A DNA stretch of 63,385 bases, filler included, from Octopus bimaculoides (taxonomy: Eukaryota), in NCBI RefSeq assembly GCF_001194135.2. It is 4 parts of 4 records of this genome, joined end to end, with 100 filler letters (N's around TTAATTAATTAA, not from the genome) between each part and the next. Parts side by side here need not be neighbours in the genome. Positions count along the whole stretch, not along the records: positions 62,025 to 63,385 come from NW_026338670.1; 3 more parts are not named here. One strand, given 5' to 3'. Positions 62,080 through 63,385 of this stretch are shown one piece after another. The stretch's first letter is position 1. Every line of letters begins with the position of its first letter. The notes beneath the pieces were generated by a model that was not told the DNA's origin, searched no databases, and saw nothing but the letters and a program-made list of their open reading frames with translations. The position numbers were made by a program, and so were the translations under genes.

Positions 62080-62836
62080 GGACCCTTGTGATTTGACGGG
62101 CAACATTTTTTAATGTAGTGTTTTGGTACCGAAACACTTTCGGAGTTATTTCACGATAAAAATTGTCTTATTTCGATAATTTCAACTAATCACTGACGTC
62201 TATTCAGTTGAAAACAGTAAGTGCTCTAACGGTGTATATGGTATTAATCCCCGTTAGTTCTGACATTTCCGACGAACTAGACTGTTCGTAAACAAAGGGG
62301 AAAAAGCCATCAAAGTATTTGAATATTGCCTGCACTTGTTATTGGAGCTTCCAGAACTATTAATGCACCTCCAACTAGAGCTTCATTTCCTAGAAATAGC
62401 AGCCAAATCTTCTTCAATTCAAACTCTAGTTTAGGGTTAGGGTTCGAGTTTTAGAGTTAGGGTTGGGGTTAGTGTTAGGGTTATGAGAAAAATATACACA
62501 CACAGATACGCACAGCGTAATTTATTATATAAACAATATATGCGTATAAATTACGATTAAACCGGATTAAACTGTCAGGGGAATAACATTTTTCTTACTG
62601 GTCAAAAGCTACTGTTTAGAAAACAGCAGTAAATGTATTCAGCTGAATAGACGTCAGTGATTGGTTGAAATTACAGAAATACGACAACTTAAACATGAAA
62701 TAACTTGCGATGTACAAAATTTTGTTAAAAAGGTTAAGAGAAGAAGTTGTTTTATATGACACAGTCTACCAGTGTCCCAAGTTTGAAAGTGTTTCGTTAA
62801 GAAAACAAATGTTACCCGTCAAACCCCAAAGATCCC
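62080..62836. mobile_element. Palindromic MITE-like element with long inverted arms and central degenerate (TTAGGG)n
   Basis: Left arm 62080-62220 pairs with right arm 62630-62836 (the left arm has an internal deletion). Centre 62425-62485 is tttagggttagggttcgagttttagagttagggttggggttagtgttagggtt. Confidence 0.78.
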
Positions 62837-63385
62837 AAATCTCTCCACCGCCAACACCGTTTAGTCCCTTAATCTCTCTCTCTTTCTATAAACGACAAAC
62901 CAACTTTTCAATTATTATTCACCTCCTTTATCTTTACAAATCTACACTTTTAAATAATCATTTTTATTTCGTCATCTATTCTGCTGGTAATTCCAGAGAA
63001 AGCAGCAATATTTCCTAAATTTAACAAATTATTACATAGACTATTGTTTCAAATACAATATATAAATATAACCTATAAAATATATTTAAAATTTACATCA
63101 CATTGTCTAGAATTATTACAAACTCTATTACTAACGAACAGCGGAGTTTCTAAACTGCTCAATGAATTAAACATGTTAGACAATGACAAGTTAAGGGACG
63201 GTCATGGTGAGAGCGTCTTAGTCCATAGGGTTACAAGACGTGAATTAAACCTCTACAAGAGAAACCATATATTTTAAACTAATTTTAAACAGATATAATT
63301 GTTAAATTTGAAATGTATTTATTGATTATAAAAAATACTGCAATGTTTGAATATTTCAACTTCATAAATTGTAATAGAGTTTATA

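Noticed and set aside
62425-62485. True telomere (also 14168-14194)
   Set aside because: Short, degenerate, internal, and enclosed by MITE arms.

Overview
AT-rich, microsatellite-saturated eukaryotic DNA with many N gaps. The repeat content (tRNA-headed SINEs including a CORE-type one, RTE, CR1 and R4-like LINE ends, Penelope-like elements, mariner, hAT and Helentron relics) suggests a coleoid cephalopod, most likely Octopus. This is an inference that was not checked against a database. No host protein-coding gene can be recognised, and nearly all long ORFs in the track are translated microsatellites or N runs. Three identical 100-nt spacers (44 N + TTAATTAATTAA + 44 N) are scaffolding linkers, so the window is four joined segments and linkage across them is unproven. 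Most notable: (1) two unrelated non-autonomous repeats share one minimal hammerhead-like fold, and one of them has a tRNA-like head; (2) two different Penelope GIY-YIG endonuclease relics; (3) a ~2 kb structure with ~450-490 bp inverted arms; (4) a palindromic MITE family with central TTAGGG repeats; (5) SINE tandem arrays and a TSD-flanked SINE dimer; (6) a CpG-depleted domain at ~8.4-13.7 kb with splice-site-flanked micro-exons that may be a hidden, possibly non-coding, gene. Most repeat boundaries are approximate (about +/-15 nt).
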